Below are positions 39,099-53,509 of a stretch of DNA of 64,000 nucleotides, in pieces. The stretch is from the NCBI RefSeq assembly GCF_006345805.1, contig NC_042997.1, positions 209,994,001-210,058,000 of the forward strand, in the 5' to 3' direction. Numbering within the stretch: position 1 is the stretch's first letter; each line of letters starts with the position of its first letter. The translations under genes were made by a program, and so were the position numbers. A model generated the notes under the pieces. It worked only from the letters and a program-made list of their open reading frames with translations, was not told the origin of the DNA and ran no database searches. Origin of the DNA: Octopus sinensis (lineage: Eukaryota).

Positions 39099-39146
39099 AT
39101 TTTTATTTCGTACTTTTCAGGTTTTTAGACTGGTAAGGAAAATTCA

Positions 39147-39720
39147 AAATGGCTGCCCCTTAGAGTTACGTCAAAAACAAAGAGCAGTATTCGAATTTCT
39201 TGTTGCTGAGGGGGAAATCTCTGTGAACATTCACCGACGATTACAGTGTCTTTGGGGACAATACTTTAGATTATAGCAATGCAGGCAGGTGGGTCCGTCG
39301 TCTGAAGGATAAAAAGGTCTGAAAGATGAAAAGCAGATGCTCTGATCAGGGAAGACAGGCGCATAATTCTTGCTGAGTTGGCAGAAAACCTTGAAGTGAG
39401 CCATGGAAGTGCTTACAACATTGTTGAATCACTTGGCTTTTCAAAAGTGTGTGCCCGTTGGGTACCGAGAGAGCTGACTAGCGAATGCAAGACTGACAGG
39501 GTCCATTCTCACCAGATTTAGCGCCTTCAGACTATCATCTCTTTGGCCCCATGAAAAAGGGTTTGAGAGGCAAACATTATTCCAGTGACGAGAAAGTGAA
39601 AACTGTAGTGAAGAAGTGGCTCAAAGAACAGTCAACATAATTTTACGGGGCAGGGATACATGCTCTCATTCGAAGGTGGAACATTGCTATTGAGAGAAAC
39701 GGTGACTATGTTGAGAAGTA
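39147..39720 (+). mobile_element. Internally deleted mariner transposase
   Basis: KVCARWVPRELT followed almost directly by SPDLAPSDYHLFGPMK; the region carrying the first two catalytic Asp residues is missing. Confidence 0.9.
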
Positions 39721-40387
39721 GGGATGTGAACTCCTGTGTGGCAAACGTGCGCTAAAACGTCACGATGAATGTTTAGAATTACTATTGTCACTAGTATCAT
39801 CATGGAGTCATAAAATTCCCTTTCAAATTGAAAATCATCTTTGCGTCATCTCTGGTCCTTAAAGGCAGGGCAAAAGTCCGGTTTTTCTGGTGTTAGATAC
39901 TTTGTATATAGGAAAAATACTGGGAAAAGGTTGAATTTGTTTTGATATTAAAATATATATATTTTTTGTGTAATTAAAACAAGCTTAACGTTTTAACATA
40001 AGGGGAAAACAGTTTTATTTGTGTATTTATATGGATAAAAATAAAAATATAAAAATATGTTTTCATCGAATAAATGTTTTCGTATTGTCGATTAACTGAA
40101 AATATATTAGTGTATGTATTCATAAAGTAAGATTGACATACTGTACCACAATAGAAAAGGAGCAAAAGGTTTAAAAAGGGATCACATATTACTTTGAGTC
40201 TTTTGCATAGGAAAAGGTTTTTGTGTATAGAATTTTGTTGCGGCTGAAAGAGGTTTTGTAATCGAAGAAAAAGTCATATCTAACTGACCAGTGTCTGGCT
40301 TATGCTGATCTTCAGCTTTTCAAAGTTTTGGGTAATTTTTCCATTTTTAAAACTACGTGTGGGTTGATTAATAAATAGGGATCACTT

Positions 40388-40597
<210 letters not shown>

Positions 40598-40701
40598 AGT
40601 GAGAATTTACAAAAAAAAGTAAAAGAAAAATCAAAAGACGAAGACAGGTGGTGTACAAAACAAACAGATGTATTAGTTTAACGCTCAGGAAGTGAGAAAG
40701 T

Positions 40702-40737
40702 CTTTTACGTTTCGAGCCTACGCTCTTCTACAGAAAG
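40702..40737 (-). ncRNA. Candidate minimal hammerhead (U6 variant)
   Basis: CUUU-CUGUAGA-A-GAGC-guag-GCUC-GAAA-CG-UA-AAAG; all stems perfect. Confidence 0.65.
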
Positions 40738-41004
40738 GAACACAGAAATAAACAGGGAGATAAAATAGAAAAGGTTTGGTGGCTAGCGATCTATCATGGC
40801 GAATGCCTGACCTATATATATATATAAATAGTACATAAGGAAGTGGAGAGGGTATAAAATCGACAGACACCGACCGGTAAACATTCCCGTATGTCTATTT
40901 ATTGAAGTGTATTGGATGAATCCCCACACATGTATTACTAGTACAGATTATCAAGTAGAAAAAATTGGTAATTGCATAAACAAGGGTGTGGAATCATATA
41001 AGCA

Positions 41005-41484
41005 TATGGAAACAAATGAGTAATTGAGCAAATGAGCAAATGGTCAGAGGGTCAAATGGGCAAATGGGCAAATAAGCAGAGGGGCAAACAAGCAAATGAG
41101 CAAACGAACAAATGAGCAAATGAGCAAATGGGCAAATGGGCAAATGAGCAGAGGGGGAAATAAGCAAATGAGCAAACGAACAAATGAGCAAATGAGCAAA
41201 TGGGCAAATGGGCAAATGGGCAAATGAGCAGAGGGGGAAATAAGCAAATGAGCAAACGAACAAATGAGCAAATGAGCAGAGGGGCAAATGAGCAGAGGGG
41301 CAAATGAGCAGAGGGGCAAATGAGCAGAGGGGCAAATAAGCAAATGAGCAAACGAACAAATGGGCAAATGAGCAAATGAGCAAATGGGCAAATGAGCAAA
41401 TGGGCAAATGAGCAAACGAACAAATGGGCAAATGAGCAAATGGGCAAATGGGCAAATGAGCAGAGGGGCAAATAAGCAAATGAG
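41005..41484. repeat. 8-bp-unit minisatellite (GAGCAAAT/GGGCAAAT) running into the gap
   Basis: The variant unit GAACAAAT recurs at spacings that are multiples of 8. Confidence 0.93.
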
Positions 41485-41584
41485 NNNNNNNNNNNNNNNN
41501 NNNNNNNNNNNNNNNNNNNNNNNNNNNNNNNNNNNNNNNNNNNNNNNNNNNNNNNNNNNNNNNNNNNNNNNNNNNNNNNNNNNN
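41485..41584. other. Assembly gap (100 N)
   Basis: Run of N. Confidence 1.
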
Positions 41585-41780
41585 TTGTCCCCCTAGCATT
41601 GTTTGACAACCGATGCTGTGTGTTTATGTCCCCGCCACTTAGCGGTTCGGCAAAAGAGGCCGATAGAATAAGTACTGGGCTTACAAAGAATAAGTCCCGG
41701 GGTCGATTTGCTCGACTAAAGGCGGTGCTCCAGCATGGCCGCAGTCAAATGACTGAAACAAGTAAAAGAGTAAAAGAGTA
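41585..41780 (+). mobile_element. SINE tail X (head lost in the gap)
   Basis: Near-identical to 59334-59470. Confidence 0.9.
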
Positions 41781-42054
41781 AGGTCACGCGCCTTCATCCT
41801 AAAAGAAAACCTTTAAAAAAGAGAAAAAATGTCTGTATTAAATTCGGGACGGTCTTAATGTAACACCTACAAATCAAATAACGCCATTTTTAGATCTGAA
41901 CAGCCCGATAGAAAACAACCGACCGACCAAAGAGAGAGGTGAATGTCTTTACAGTAAGTAGAGACATTTGTGGAGAGAGTGAATGGCCAGATAGATACAA
42001 AGCATCACGGATAACCTCTCTACTTCGCAAGAGAAGCGGTCACTAATAAAATCT

Positions 42055-42830
42055 ACAGGATAAAACAAACGCTAAACAACCACAAGTTTTCTAACAAACT
42101 GATAGACCAAACCAATGAAACAATACGGTTCTAAATATATCAGGGACTTCGATACAGATGTGTGTGAGAGAGAGAGAGAGAATTCAGACTTAAATATGTA
42201 CAGATTTAAAACACCTACTAAAATATACACAAACTCTACGTAAAATCTAATCACACCGAATGAATTAAAACAATATCGAAAGATCATAAACCAGAACAAA
42301 ATGGCTTCCACCCAACCATAGATTATATGATAGGGAAAAGGGCTGGAATTTGTGTGGTTCGTGATTAGTCGACAATCGTATTTGACTGGTACTTTATTTT
42401 GTCAATTGTCGAAGATTGAAATGCAAAGTTGAACTCGGTGGAATTTTAACTCAGAACGTAAAGAGCCGTTACTTAATACACAAAGCATTTTTGCCAACGT
42501 TCTCCCGATTTTACTAATCCTACTGGCCTCAAAGTAGCACTAATAATATACAACGAAAGAGCTAAAATAAAGAAAAACATCTTTATCGATGGCAAACCGG
42601 AAGCGTGTAACCGCCAGGTGATTCCATAAATGTCCTCAGTAATTAAAAAGAAACTATTGGCAAGGGCACAAACTGTGGACTTCATTATGTCAATCACTAC
42701 ATTGGCCAGACTAACACTACACTTCTTTTGGCAACTCACTATGTATTTACAAGGAGAAATTGAAACGTACTGCATTAAAGAAGATAAATCAAAACTTGAT
42801 AAGGAAACATTGGTGAGCAATACAGCTGCC
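42055..42830 (+). mobile_element. Second, unrelated PLE ORF remnant, interrupted by a SINE fragment (~42375-42530)
   Basis: RIKQTLNNHKFSNKLIDQT, then HYIGQTNTTL..LTMYLQGEI..KETLVSNT (GIY-YIG second motif) across frameshifts. Confidence 0.7.
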
Positions 42831-42831
42831 T

Positions 42832-42861
42832 AATACATACATACATACATACATACATACA

Positions 42862-42895
<34 letters not shown>

Positions 42896-43393
42896 CATAC
42901 ACACATACATACATACATACAGACATGCATACATACATACATACATACATGCATATATATATACACACATACATACATACACACATACATACATGCATAC
43001 GTATATACATACATACATGCATACATACACACATACACACACATACACACACACATACATACATACATACATACATACATACATACATACATACATACAT
43101 ACACATACATATATACATACATACATACATACATACATACATACATACATACATACATACATACATACATACTACCCTTATCTTCGAAATACGGAGTAGC
43201 CGAAACAGGGACAACTGAAGAAGGGGAATATTCCTTGTGTTGTATGTCTTGTACTCTGTTTTTTTCGTTGTTAAAAAAAAAGTCTGTTTCCATGTTTTTG
43301 TTTTTATGTTTTCGTTTCTCATTGTGTTCTACGTCTTTTGGTGTCCTGTACCCATATATGCATGTATATATACATGTAGAGGTAGGTATGTAC

Positions 43394-43439
<46 letters not shown>

Positions 43440-43830
43440 GTATGTATGTATGTATGCATGTATGTGTGTATGTACGTACGTATGTATGTATGTATGTATG
43501 TATGTATATATGTATGTGTGTATGTATGTGTGTATGTATATATGTATGTACGTATGTATGTATGTATGGATGTACGTACGTATGTATGTATGTATGTATG
43601 TATGTATGTATGTTTGTATGTAAGTATGTATGTATGTATGTATGCATGTATGTGTGTATGTACGTACGTATGTATGTATGTATGTATGTATATATATGTA
43701 TGTGTATATGTATGTGTGTATGTATATATGTATGTACGTATGTATGTATGTATGGATGTACGTACGTATGTATGTATGTATGTATGTATGTATGTGTGTA
43801 TGTATATATGTATGTACGTATGTATGTATG

Positions 43831-43862
<32 letters not shown>

Positions 43863-44039
43863 TGTATGTATGTATGTTTGTATGTATGTATTTATGTATG
43901 TATGTATTATGTACCCCTTATTCATTATGTACCCATAATGCACCCCTTATTCCTTCGAAATTAGGAATATGCAGCCTTCGAAACATATGTCGAAAATAAA
44001 GGAATTTTGTTAATTCGTCGTTCAACTCCATTCTTTCAT

Positions 44040-44076
<37 letters not shown>

Positions 44077-44115
44077 TGTATGTATGTATGTATGTATGTA
44101 TGTATGTATGTATGC
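42832..44115. repeat. Opposed (TACA)n and (TATG)n arrays interleaved with a PLE-like repeat (43172-43355, 43905-44040)
   Basis: CTGAAGAAGGGG module similar to ~6150-6290 (-); terminus shared with the 33442 hairpin. Confidence 0.7.
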
Positions 44116-44289
44116 ATATGTTTTATTTATTAATTTGTTATTATACGATCGAACGCCACGCATTCACTTCCAAGTAAGTTTTATATATATATATCAATTT
44201 TTACTCTATTTGGCAAACTTGGTTATGAAGAAATCACTCGAAGGAAGAAATCTTGCAGCAGACAATGAAGAATTTGTCCAAACATGTTC

Positions 44290-45400
44290 AAGCAATGCGT
44301 GACAGATATTCTCTCAAGACTAATTTAACAATTTAGTAAAAGATCTCGGTTTCTTCAAAGATGCTGCAGTGGAGCTCTTTCGTTAGAGATTTTATCTTGT
44401 AAATGCATAATGAGTTGCCAGGAAAGGACCGTGTTTGTCTGCCCAATTTTTACAACATCCAGACTCGACTTTCTCTAGTTACTGGAGTAAATGTAAAAAG
44501 TTTACACCAAATTTCAAGAAAGATAAATCTTTGGTTAATTCCAGTAACGTCACTGACAGAGACAAAAATGGAGATTATTTACAGATTCATCTTAAAATAA
44601 GCTTAAAAAATGTAATTCTTTATCACGGTAATAGAAATGAATTAATATCTGTTGGTAACTTCTGTGTATTTAAAAGACACTTGCCCGCTTTTTTTGGCAC
44701 ATCGTCTCAAGAACAACCTCCAATAGTGAACATTTATGTTCTTTATTAGTGATTTGATAGTTTAGTTCATTATTAATGGTTTGATAGCTGAATGGTTTGT
44801 GCATTTTACTGGGTCAACGGGTTGTACAAAATTGCTGTTTTCTCTATGAACATACAGAGCCAATGATTTACGTTGAAATCAAAAGGAATAGATAAATAAT
44901 ACCAGTTACATTTTGGGGTGTTTGTTAAAAAAAAGATCTATTAGACTTAACTTGGTGAATCCAGATAAAGTTTTGTTACCACCGCTTCATGTCGCGCTTG
45001 GATTAATGTTACTTTGTCAGAGACTTGCCGAAAGATGGAAACCTGCTTTGCGTACTTATGTCAGCCGTTTCCTTGTTTATTTGGAGCTGAATTGAGAAAA
45101 TGCATATTTGTTGGGGTTGATATTATAAAACTGATTTCTGTTGCATAATTTGAAGGTAAAATGAACGATCTGGGACGAGGGACTTGGTTGTCATTCATAG
45201 AATTTTAAAAATTTTTAGGAAACAAAAAGAATACAGATTACAAAAAAAACTGTGATCAGTTTGTTTAAGTGTAAAGAAATTGTAATATCTGCCACAAAAT
45301 TTTGTTTGCGGTTTAGTATTTGGAATATTTTCCAGAAATTCTTGGAGTGGTAAGTGAAGAGTATGGCGAAAGATTCCGTCAGGGTATCAAGATAAAGGTT
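44290..45400 (+). pseudogene. Decayed DNA-transposon transposase, probably Chapaev3-like (CMC)
   Basis: SLKNVILYHGN, GCTKLLF, LVNPDKVLLPPLHVALGLM, FLGNKK, EYFPEILGVVSEEYGERFRQGIK; family name is from recall. Confidence 0.7.
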
Positions 45401-46364
45401 GTCTTTTCAATGTTTAGGTGGGATTGTAATGGCTGATTCAGGAATTTTTACAAACGAAAGAAGTTTTAAAGCAAAAAAATATGAAATGTTAAAAATAGCA
45501 GATTATTAAAATCAGTTTAAGTTCACTTATTATAATTATTTCTTTATTGCCCACAGGGGCGGGCTAAACATAGAGGAAACAAACAAAGACAGACAAAGGA
45601 ATTAAGTCGATTACATCGATTCTAGTGCATAACTGGTACTTATTTAATCGACCCCGAAAGGATGAAAGGCTAATAGAAAGAGAGATATGGAGATATGAGA
45701 GAATCTTTCAACGGTGGCCGCGAGGCAAGACTCTGGCCGCAATTAAGACATTTCTGGTGGCAGATTAAGTCGTGGCTTTATACACAAGAAAATTATAAAG
45801 GTCTAGGAACCTTCTTTTTGCATTTATCTCGGTAGGAAAATATTAAAAGTGTGTTTTATTATGTCTACCGACAGTTTACACCAACGTCGCAAGATGATTG
45901 AATGTGATATCTGTTGTTAGGCGTATTGATTATTCGCAGAAAAGGTTTAAGGCTTTCCTATCATAAAATTACTAAATGCGGTAATATCAGTCAAAGCATG
46001 ATTCTAAATGTAAACAGAGACATTACTTACCACATGTATATATTTCACTTCATCTCTCTGTATTTTGTTATTTCTTTTATATATATATATATATATATTT
46101 CTTTGCGTTCTTTCGTTTTCTTTGCGTTATTTCTAATGTCTTGCGCTGCTTACTTTATGCACGTTTGGGGGAAATGTGATGTAATGGAAATATTCTAAAT
46201 ATGGTCCCTTTTCTTTTCTTTTTAATTCAGTGTTCGTTGATGGAAGACACAATTACGCAAGATTTGGACAGTTTTCAACGACTTTCATCCGGTATAAATG
46301 CGTTGTGGAAACAACATTGCTCATATCTCAACACAGAACAAGGAAACGTCCACAGAGATGTTAG

Positions 46365-46650
46365 TTAGTTAGTTAGTTAATTTGGCTCAAAAGCAAATAG
46401 CAAGGCCATGTAGGGGGACATGGAGTTAAGTACAGGGTGGTGTTTATGTAAAGAGTTCAGGCCACTTGAGGTCCAGAGAGGCTTTGAACAAAGCGGTTGT
46501 CGGCATCTTCACCATCTCGTCTGGCAACCCGGACGGAGAAAGCTCCTCTCCTTCGATTGAGATGAAATCGTCGCAGGTAGAGCTTTTCGGAATGACCCCG
46601 CAGCCGACGCTCTGGAGCAATAGATATCAGACATTCAGACATTCATCTTA
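46365..46650 (-). mobile_element. CR1-clade LINE 3' end (second copy ~55497-55660)
   Basis: RRLRGHSEKLYLRRFHLNRRRGAFSVRV; (TAAC)n tail; shared 3' UTR. Confidence 0.82.
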
Positions 46651-47050
46651 AACAGATATCTCGTTTCCTGGTAGAAGAAGGACAATAGAAATGGTCAAGA
46701 ATTGGAAGCTAGAGTAAATATCATCTTTTGGAAAGCACCAATTTCTTTACCTCTTCTTGCTCTAATACCAACGTAAAACAAATAAATGCTGAATGCTTAA
46801 TGCAATGAGGAGACTGTGAAGGTTTAGAATCATGGACGAACCTTAAAATTTTGCCGTTTCTAACAAATTACGAAATGTTTAAAGGAACAGGAAAAGAAAG
46901 TCTAACAAGATAAAGCGCACTCGGATTTACGATATGTTCGAACGAAAAACTGCTCCTCCATATGCAAAAATATGTGTGTGTGTGTGCGCGCGCGCGTATG
47001 TGTGCGCATGCGTATGTGTGCTCAGCTATATTCACATCCTATATTCACAT

Positions 47051-47283
47051 AAGGCGGCGAGCTGGCAGAGGCGTTAGCACGCCGGGCGAAATGCGTAGCC
47101 GTATTTCGTCTGTCGTTACGTTCCGAATTCAAATTCCGCCGAGGTCGACTTTGCCTTTCATCCTTTCGAGGTCGATAAATTAAGTACCAGTTACGCACTG
47201 GGGTCGATGTAGTCGACTTAATCACTTTGTCTGTCCTTGTTTGTCCCCTTTGTGTTTAGCCCCTTGTGGGTAGTAAAGAAATA
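47051..47283 (+). mobile_element. Full head-B SINE (tail V)
   Basis: tRNA-like head, core GCCTTTCATCCTTTCGAGGTCGATAAATTAAGTACCAG (Deu/Nin-domain-like, from recall); 11-bp TSD TATATTCACAT at 47040 and 47284. Confidence 0.92.
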
Positions 47284-47849
47284 TATATTCACATCCTCTA
47301 ATCGCCATTTTGAATGACATCTTGTTCCTACCACAAGTGGATGTGTATCGTTATTTTTTACATTTAATTACGGACCTCTTCATTCTGATTTATAATTTTA
47401 TATTTGACATTCTAAGTTTGATACATGTATGCTAGTTTATATTTATAATTTATAATTTTTAATTGTTAATTTTGTAAAGTTTATTTTTAATTTTTAATTT
47501 AACGCTTAATTTTTATGGTGATTTAAAATAGCTGAACAATATTTTGAGAAATGAACCTGAAGAAGTGTTGGTAGAATTATAAATCTGATGACTACATATA
47601 TTCTGATCTTCCAATATAGAAACACGCGTAGTTCCTTTCTAATTATAATTTTAACTCAAGTAAGGGCTAATTAAGGTAGTATATTTTATACCCTGCTATT
47701 CTACTGGTTTTATCCTCAGGTATTATTTCTTGATGTGTATATAAATTCCAAGAGTTTTCCATTATTAATACTCGTTATGCTAGTTTTGCATCATCTGAAA
47801 TGGATGGAATACCCACAAATCTATTGATTGAAATCCCAATCAACTGAAC

Positions 47850-48890
<1,041 letters not shown>

Positions 48891-49150
48891 CATCATAAAC
48901 ACGCCCGCGCGCACATTCACGTTAGGAAATCACTAACTCAGTCTCCACTGTGGTCCAACATTCATAACTTTCGGCCCACCAGATGCCTTCGACCCCTACC
49001 GCCACCACCACCCCAAGTGACCGCTGGTCAATGTCCGTGAACTAAACCTCTTCACCCAAACATATATCTCACAATTATGCTCACTGCTTCCTTGTAACTT
49101 TGGTTTCAGGGCTACATGCCACACACACACACACACACACACACACGCAA

Positions 49151-49184
<34 letters not shown>

Positions 49185-49454
49185 CACACACACACACACG
49201 CACGCACGTTGTACGACTAACTTCACAGCCAGATGTGCTATTGTGTGTATATATATATATATATATATCATATGTTTATCACATCTGCTGAATCTTGTTG
49301 CTTTGTTATCACTTGATTTTACACAAGAAGGTCAATTATTAACATTCGATACTTATTGATTTCTACCTTCACCTCCTTCCCTCCCTCCCTCTCTTGCCGC
49401 TCATACATATGTCGTATATATCCCGATCTTGTATTCTCATACTCTGGGTGGGAC

Positions 49455-49537
49455 AGACAGACAGACAGACAGACAGACAGAACAATTGATAGATAGATAG
49501 TATATAATAGATAGATAGATATGATAGATAGATAGAC

Positions 49538-49580
<43 letters not shown>

Positions 49581-49589
49581 CAGATGATT

Positions 49590-49634
<45 letters not shown>

Positions 49635-49670
49635 TAGATAGATAGATAGACAGATAGATAGATAGATAGA
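49455..49670. repeat. (GACA)n/(GATA)n, 3' flank of the LINE
   Basis: Read directly from the sequence. Confidence 0.96.
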
Positions 49671-50063
49671 TATGTTTCTTTATTAGCCACACAGGGCTGC
49701 ACACAGATAGAACAAATTACAAGGTAGAGCTTTTCTTTTGAAGGTTTAAAAAAAAAAAAAAAAAAAAAAGGAAGGCGGGAGTTTCGATCAAAAGGGATCG
49801 TAAAAGGAGAGAAAGAGGACAAAAAAAAGGGGGGGTTAAAAAAAAAAAAAAAGGGGGAGAGGAAAAAAAATTGATCAATAGGGATCGTTATCACAGAAAT
49901 GTCAATATGAAGTGTAAAGGGGAGGACAGGTGAGGTTTACCCGTGGAAAGAAAGCCTACGGAAAAGACCACGGTAACCTCGGTCAATGAAGTCACATTTT
50001 ATATTTCTTTTTTTTTTTTTTTTTTTTTTGCAAATAAGCAACTCTCTGTTTTCGATTCTGGGT

Positions 50064-53000
50064 TCATAGGACTATGCTCAAGGTGGCTTCGTCATTCATA
50101 CGTGCCATTCTTGCTACATTCACCCATCTTTTTTTAAAACATTCGCTAGACAAAACTTGCCTCTCTACTCTCACTTTCCTTTTCAAGTGGTACTTGAAGA
50201 AGTTGATGAGAGATTGACCAGAGAGGAAAGTGTTTGTCTCCAATCCTTTCAGACGCGTCCACCAGATACATTCTTTCGCCATAGCCACAAGGATGATGAA
50301 AATAGCTCTTCCTTCCCGTTTGAAGGAAGGAGGCGTGACAATATTGACGATAGACTCAGCTGATAAACCGACTCGTCCCACACGTGACAGCAGTTGTTCG
50401 ACATAAGCCCACAGGTCGGAAATTGTTGGACACTGAACGAGTGCGTGCAGAACGGTTTCGTCGCTCTGACCGCATCTCGGGCAGGTCGGCCCCGTGTTTC
50501 TCGAGCCGTGTCTGTAGAGCTTATCCCGAACGGGTAGCGCTTCTCGGTAGCACTGCCAGGCCAGGGATCTCTGGAAGTTGTCCATGGGCCCTGGCCCGAA
50601 AGTCGTCCCGAACAGGCGGGTCAGGTACTCCTCGTCGACGTCCAGGTTCGCCCCGAGCTCGTCGTCGTACCTCCCCTCCACTAAACCCCTATAGAATGCT
50701 TTGGTTGTGTTGAAGTCACTTAAGGTCGACCCAGGACGGCAGAGTTGCTTGAGAGCAACGCGACACTCGCGGTGCCATTCGCCCTTCCTCGGCCTCTTTT
50801 TGATCCACGACTGCAGTTCGGTCATGGAGACGAGCTGCGGGAAAGCGTGCCTCACAAACGGCGACCACACCTGTTCACCGTCGTCTACATAGAGCCAGAG
50901 ATGTCGCAGTCTCAGCGCGTGTCTGCGCATCATCAACCACGGCATGCCCAGCCCTCCTTTTAACGGGTGTTGACAGCAAATGGATCGCCTGACCATCGGA
51001 CGCATCCTTTCCACAAGAAGCGAAAGAGGATGCGTTGTAGTTTGGTGATGGTAGGGTCGGGACAAGGTACGACGGTCAGGCGGTAGTAGATGACGGACGC
51101 GATGTACGTGTTCGCCACCTCCGCTCGACCTTTTAGGGACAGTTTCCTCTCGGCCCATTGCCGGCGAGAGTGACCACCCTACTCGTTATCTCGTTCCAGT
51201 TCTTCTCCACTTGGGGTCCGGACCAAACCAGACCCCGAGCAACTCAACCGGGCCGTCGGTCCAGCGTCCCACGACGGAGGCGCTGGTGGACGGCATGGGC
51301 TTGCTTCTCCAGGTGCCTAGTCGCAAGCCCACTGACTTTTCCCGGTTGATTTTCGCTCCTGTCACCGCTTCGTAGTTTTTCAGTGTCTCGCCGACCAGCT
51401 CGATGTGCTCGTGGCTAGACACTATGACGGTGACGTCGTCCGCGTATGCAGACACGCTCGTCCCGCACCCAATTCTCGCGGGATGCCCCTTAGAGTCGCC
51501 AGCTTCCGCAGTAGTGGCTCAAGAGTCAATACGTATAGAAGCGCCGAGAGGGGGCATCCCTGACGGACCGAACGTGCAATGTCGAAAGGTCTCGATAGAT
51601 GTCCATTTACGCGAATTACCGAACGGATGCCTCTGTACAAGGCAGCTATCCAGCCGCGGAAGACGGGACCGAAACCAGCCGCTCTCAGGACTGCCTCCAA
51701 GTATCGATGGTCTACCCTATCAAAGGCTTTCGATTGATCCAAGTTGATCAGGGCCCCACCCATGCCAGGTTCGTTAACTACCCTGTCTATGATGTAGCGC
51801 ATCAGATGGAGGTTGTCATGGATGGTCCGGCCTGGCACGGCGCATGTTTGCGCCTTGTCGACCAGTTTCTCGATGACAAGCGCCAACCTCTTGGCTAGCA
51901 CCTTGGCCAAAATTTTCAAGTCTGCATTAAGCAGAGTGATGGGCCTAAAGTTATATTACATTTCCCTTGTTTAGATCTTTCTTCAGCAGTGTTACGGCTC
52001 CTCGGCTCACAAAACCAGGAATGCTCCCGTTTTGCTGCCAGTTGCAGTACACCGCCGCCAAGAGATCTCCAAACAAGTCTGGCATACAATTGTAAAGCTC
52101 GTAGGGTAGACCATCCAAACCCGGTGATTTGTCCCTCGAGCATTCTGCCATCGCTTCCCGCACTTCCGCCGCCGTGATGGCACCTTCGCAGCACCCTGCC
52201 TTTCTTGTCGAGAGTCGTGGTAGGCTATGTAGGTAGGCACTGAAGTCCACCCTACGTCTTCTTGCCCTCCACTCGTTCCGAACAGTCGGGCAAAATGCTG
52301 CTGAAAGGCCTCACACATTTTACTTGGCTCGAGCAATTCGCGCCCCTGTTCATCTACCAGTGACCGAATGGTGGCTTTGTTGCCCTGTTGCGCCTCTGCC
52401 ACCCGGGCCTCTCTCGCGGCTCCAACACCTTCGTTCCTTAGAGCACGCATCCTAGCTCTGACAGCACATCCTTCGTGTTTGGCGTTGAAGTGTTGGTCGA
52501 GGGCCAACCTCGCCGCCAAAACGTCGGATGCGATGCCGCTTCTAATTGCCTCTTCTAGCTTCTTAACTAGCTCACCCTCTACTCTATTTCTATCTATGGC
52601 TAGTGCTTTGCTGTACCTAATCGCTTCTGCTTTTACTGCTCTCTTGAGGGCAAACCACCATTTGTTGTTGATGATGGCTCCCGTCAAAGCCCTCTTTACT
52701 AGTGTGCTAATCCGGTCTCTGAAAACTTGTCTCGATGGGAAAGACGCGTTTAGTTTCCAGTATCCGGGACCCTGCCTAAGTGTCTTACCTAAGTCTAGCG
52801 TACATGTCACAAGTTTGTGATCCGTGTAGCTGACTATGTGGAATTGTGGACATCCTATGCTATCTCTATCTACTGTCCTACACAGTATCCTATCTAGATA
52901 CGATCTCGACGACCCGATGCGGTTGCTCCATGTCCACGTTGGCGCATTCGGGTGGTCTAGTCGGAACCTGTCAGCAGTTGAAAGCGTCTGAGCAGGTCTC

Positions 53001-53495
53001 TGAGGCATTTGCATCCCCGTCTATTCCTATCTCTACCCACGTAGTCTACATGCGTGTCCAAGGTAGCATTCCAATCCCCCACTAAGAGTAAAGGACGAGA
53101 CGTTCCCAAGAAAATTCTAGACGTTGAAAGAAATCCGCCCGACCTGTTAAGGGCGGTGCGTAAACTGATACGAGTCGAAAAGCGCACCCATTGCTGCCGT
53201 CGACATCCAGGACGACCAGTCTACCCTCCGGGTCTACGAATATTGTCCTTACATTGAGATCCAGACTCTTGTGAAAAAGTACCGCGGTGCCACTACCGCC
53301 CATTCTCGGCAGACAGGGGGAAAAATAAATGTTGAACTGTCCGCCAAACATGGTCTTTAGGGCCCGCGGATTGTGGAGTCTGGTCTCGCTTATGGCTATG
53401 ATTTCTAACTTATGTGACTTTATGTCATTTAAGAGGTACCCTTGTTTCCAAGGGGACCCCAAGCCACGCGCATTTACACAACCAATCTTGATCAT
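50064..53495 (-). pseudogene. ORF2 (APE endonuclease, RT, zinc finger), about 6 frameshifts
   Basis: CVNARGL, ISETRL, VSVYAP, VGDWNA, SYLDRI, YTDH, GPGYWKLN, KSPGLDGLPYELY, LDQSKAFDRVDH, VRQGCPLSALLY, AYADDVT, CPRCGQSDETVLHALVQC. Confidence 0.96.
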
Positions 53496-53509
53496 AGTTC
53501 TAATGAATT

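Noticed and set aside
40994-41609. FAHLPIC-repeat ORFs
   Set aside because: Translation of the 8-bp satellite across an N gap.
43172-44000. Single hammerhead spanning CTGAAGAAGG (~43212) to CCTTCGAAACATATGTC (~43974)
   Set aside because: Stem I cannot be paired (GACAA versus GAAAA); only half-motifs are supported.
50008-50029. Poly(A) run as the LINE 3' end
   Set aside because: The UTR continues ~330 nt to the SINE-shared AATAAAGAAACA terminus.
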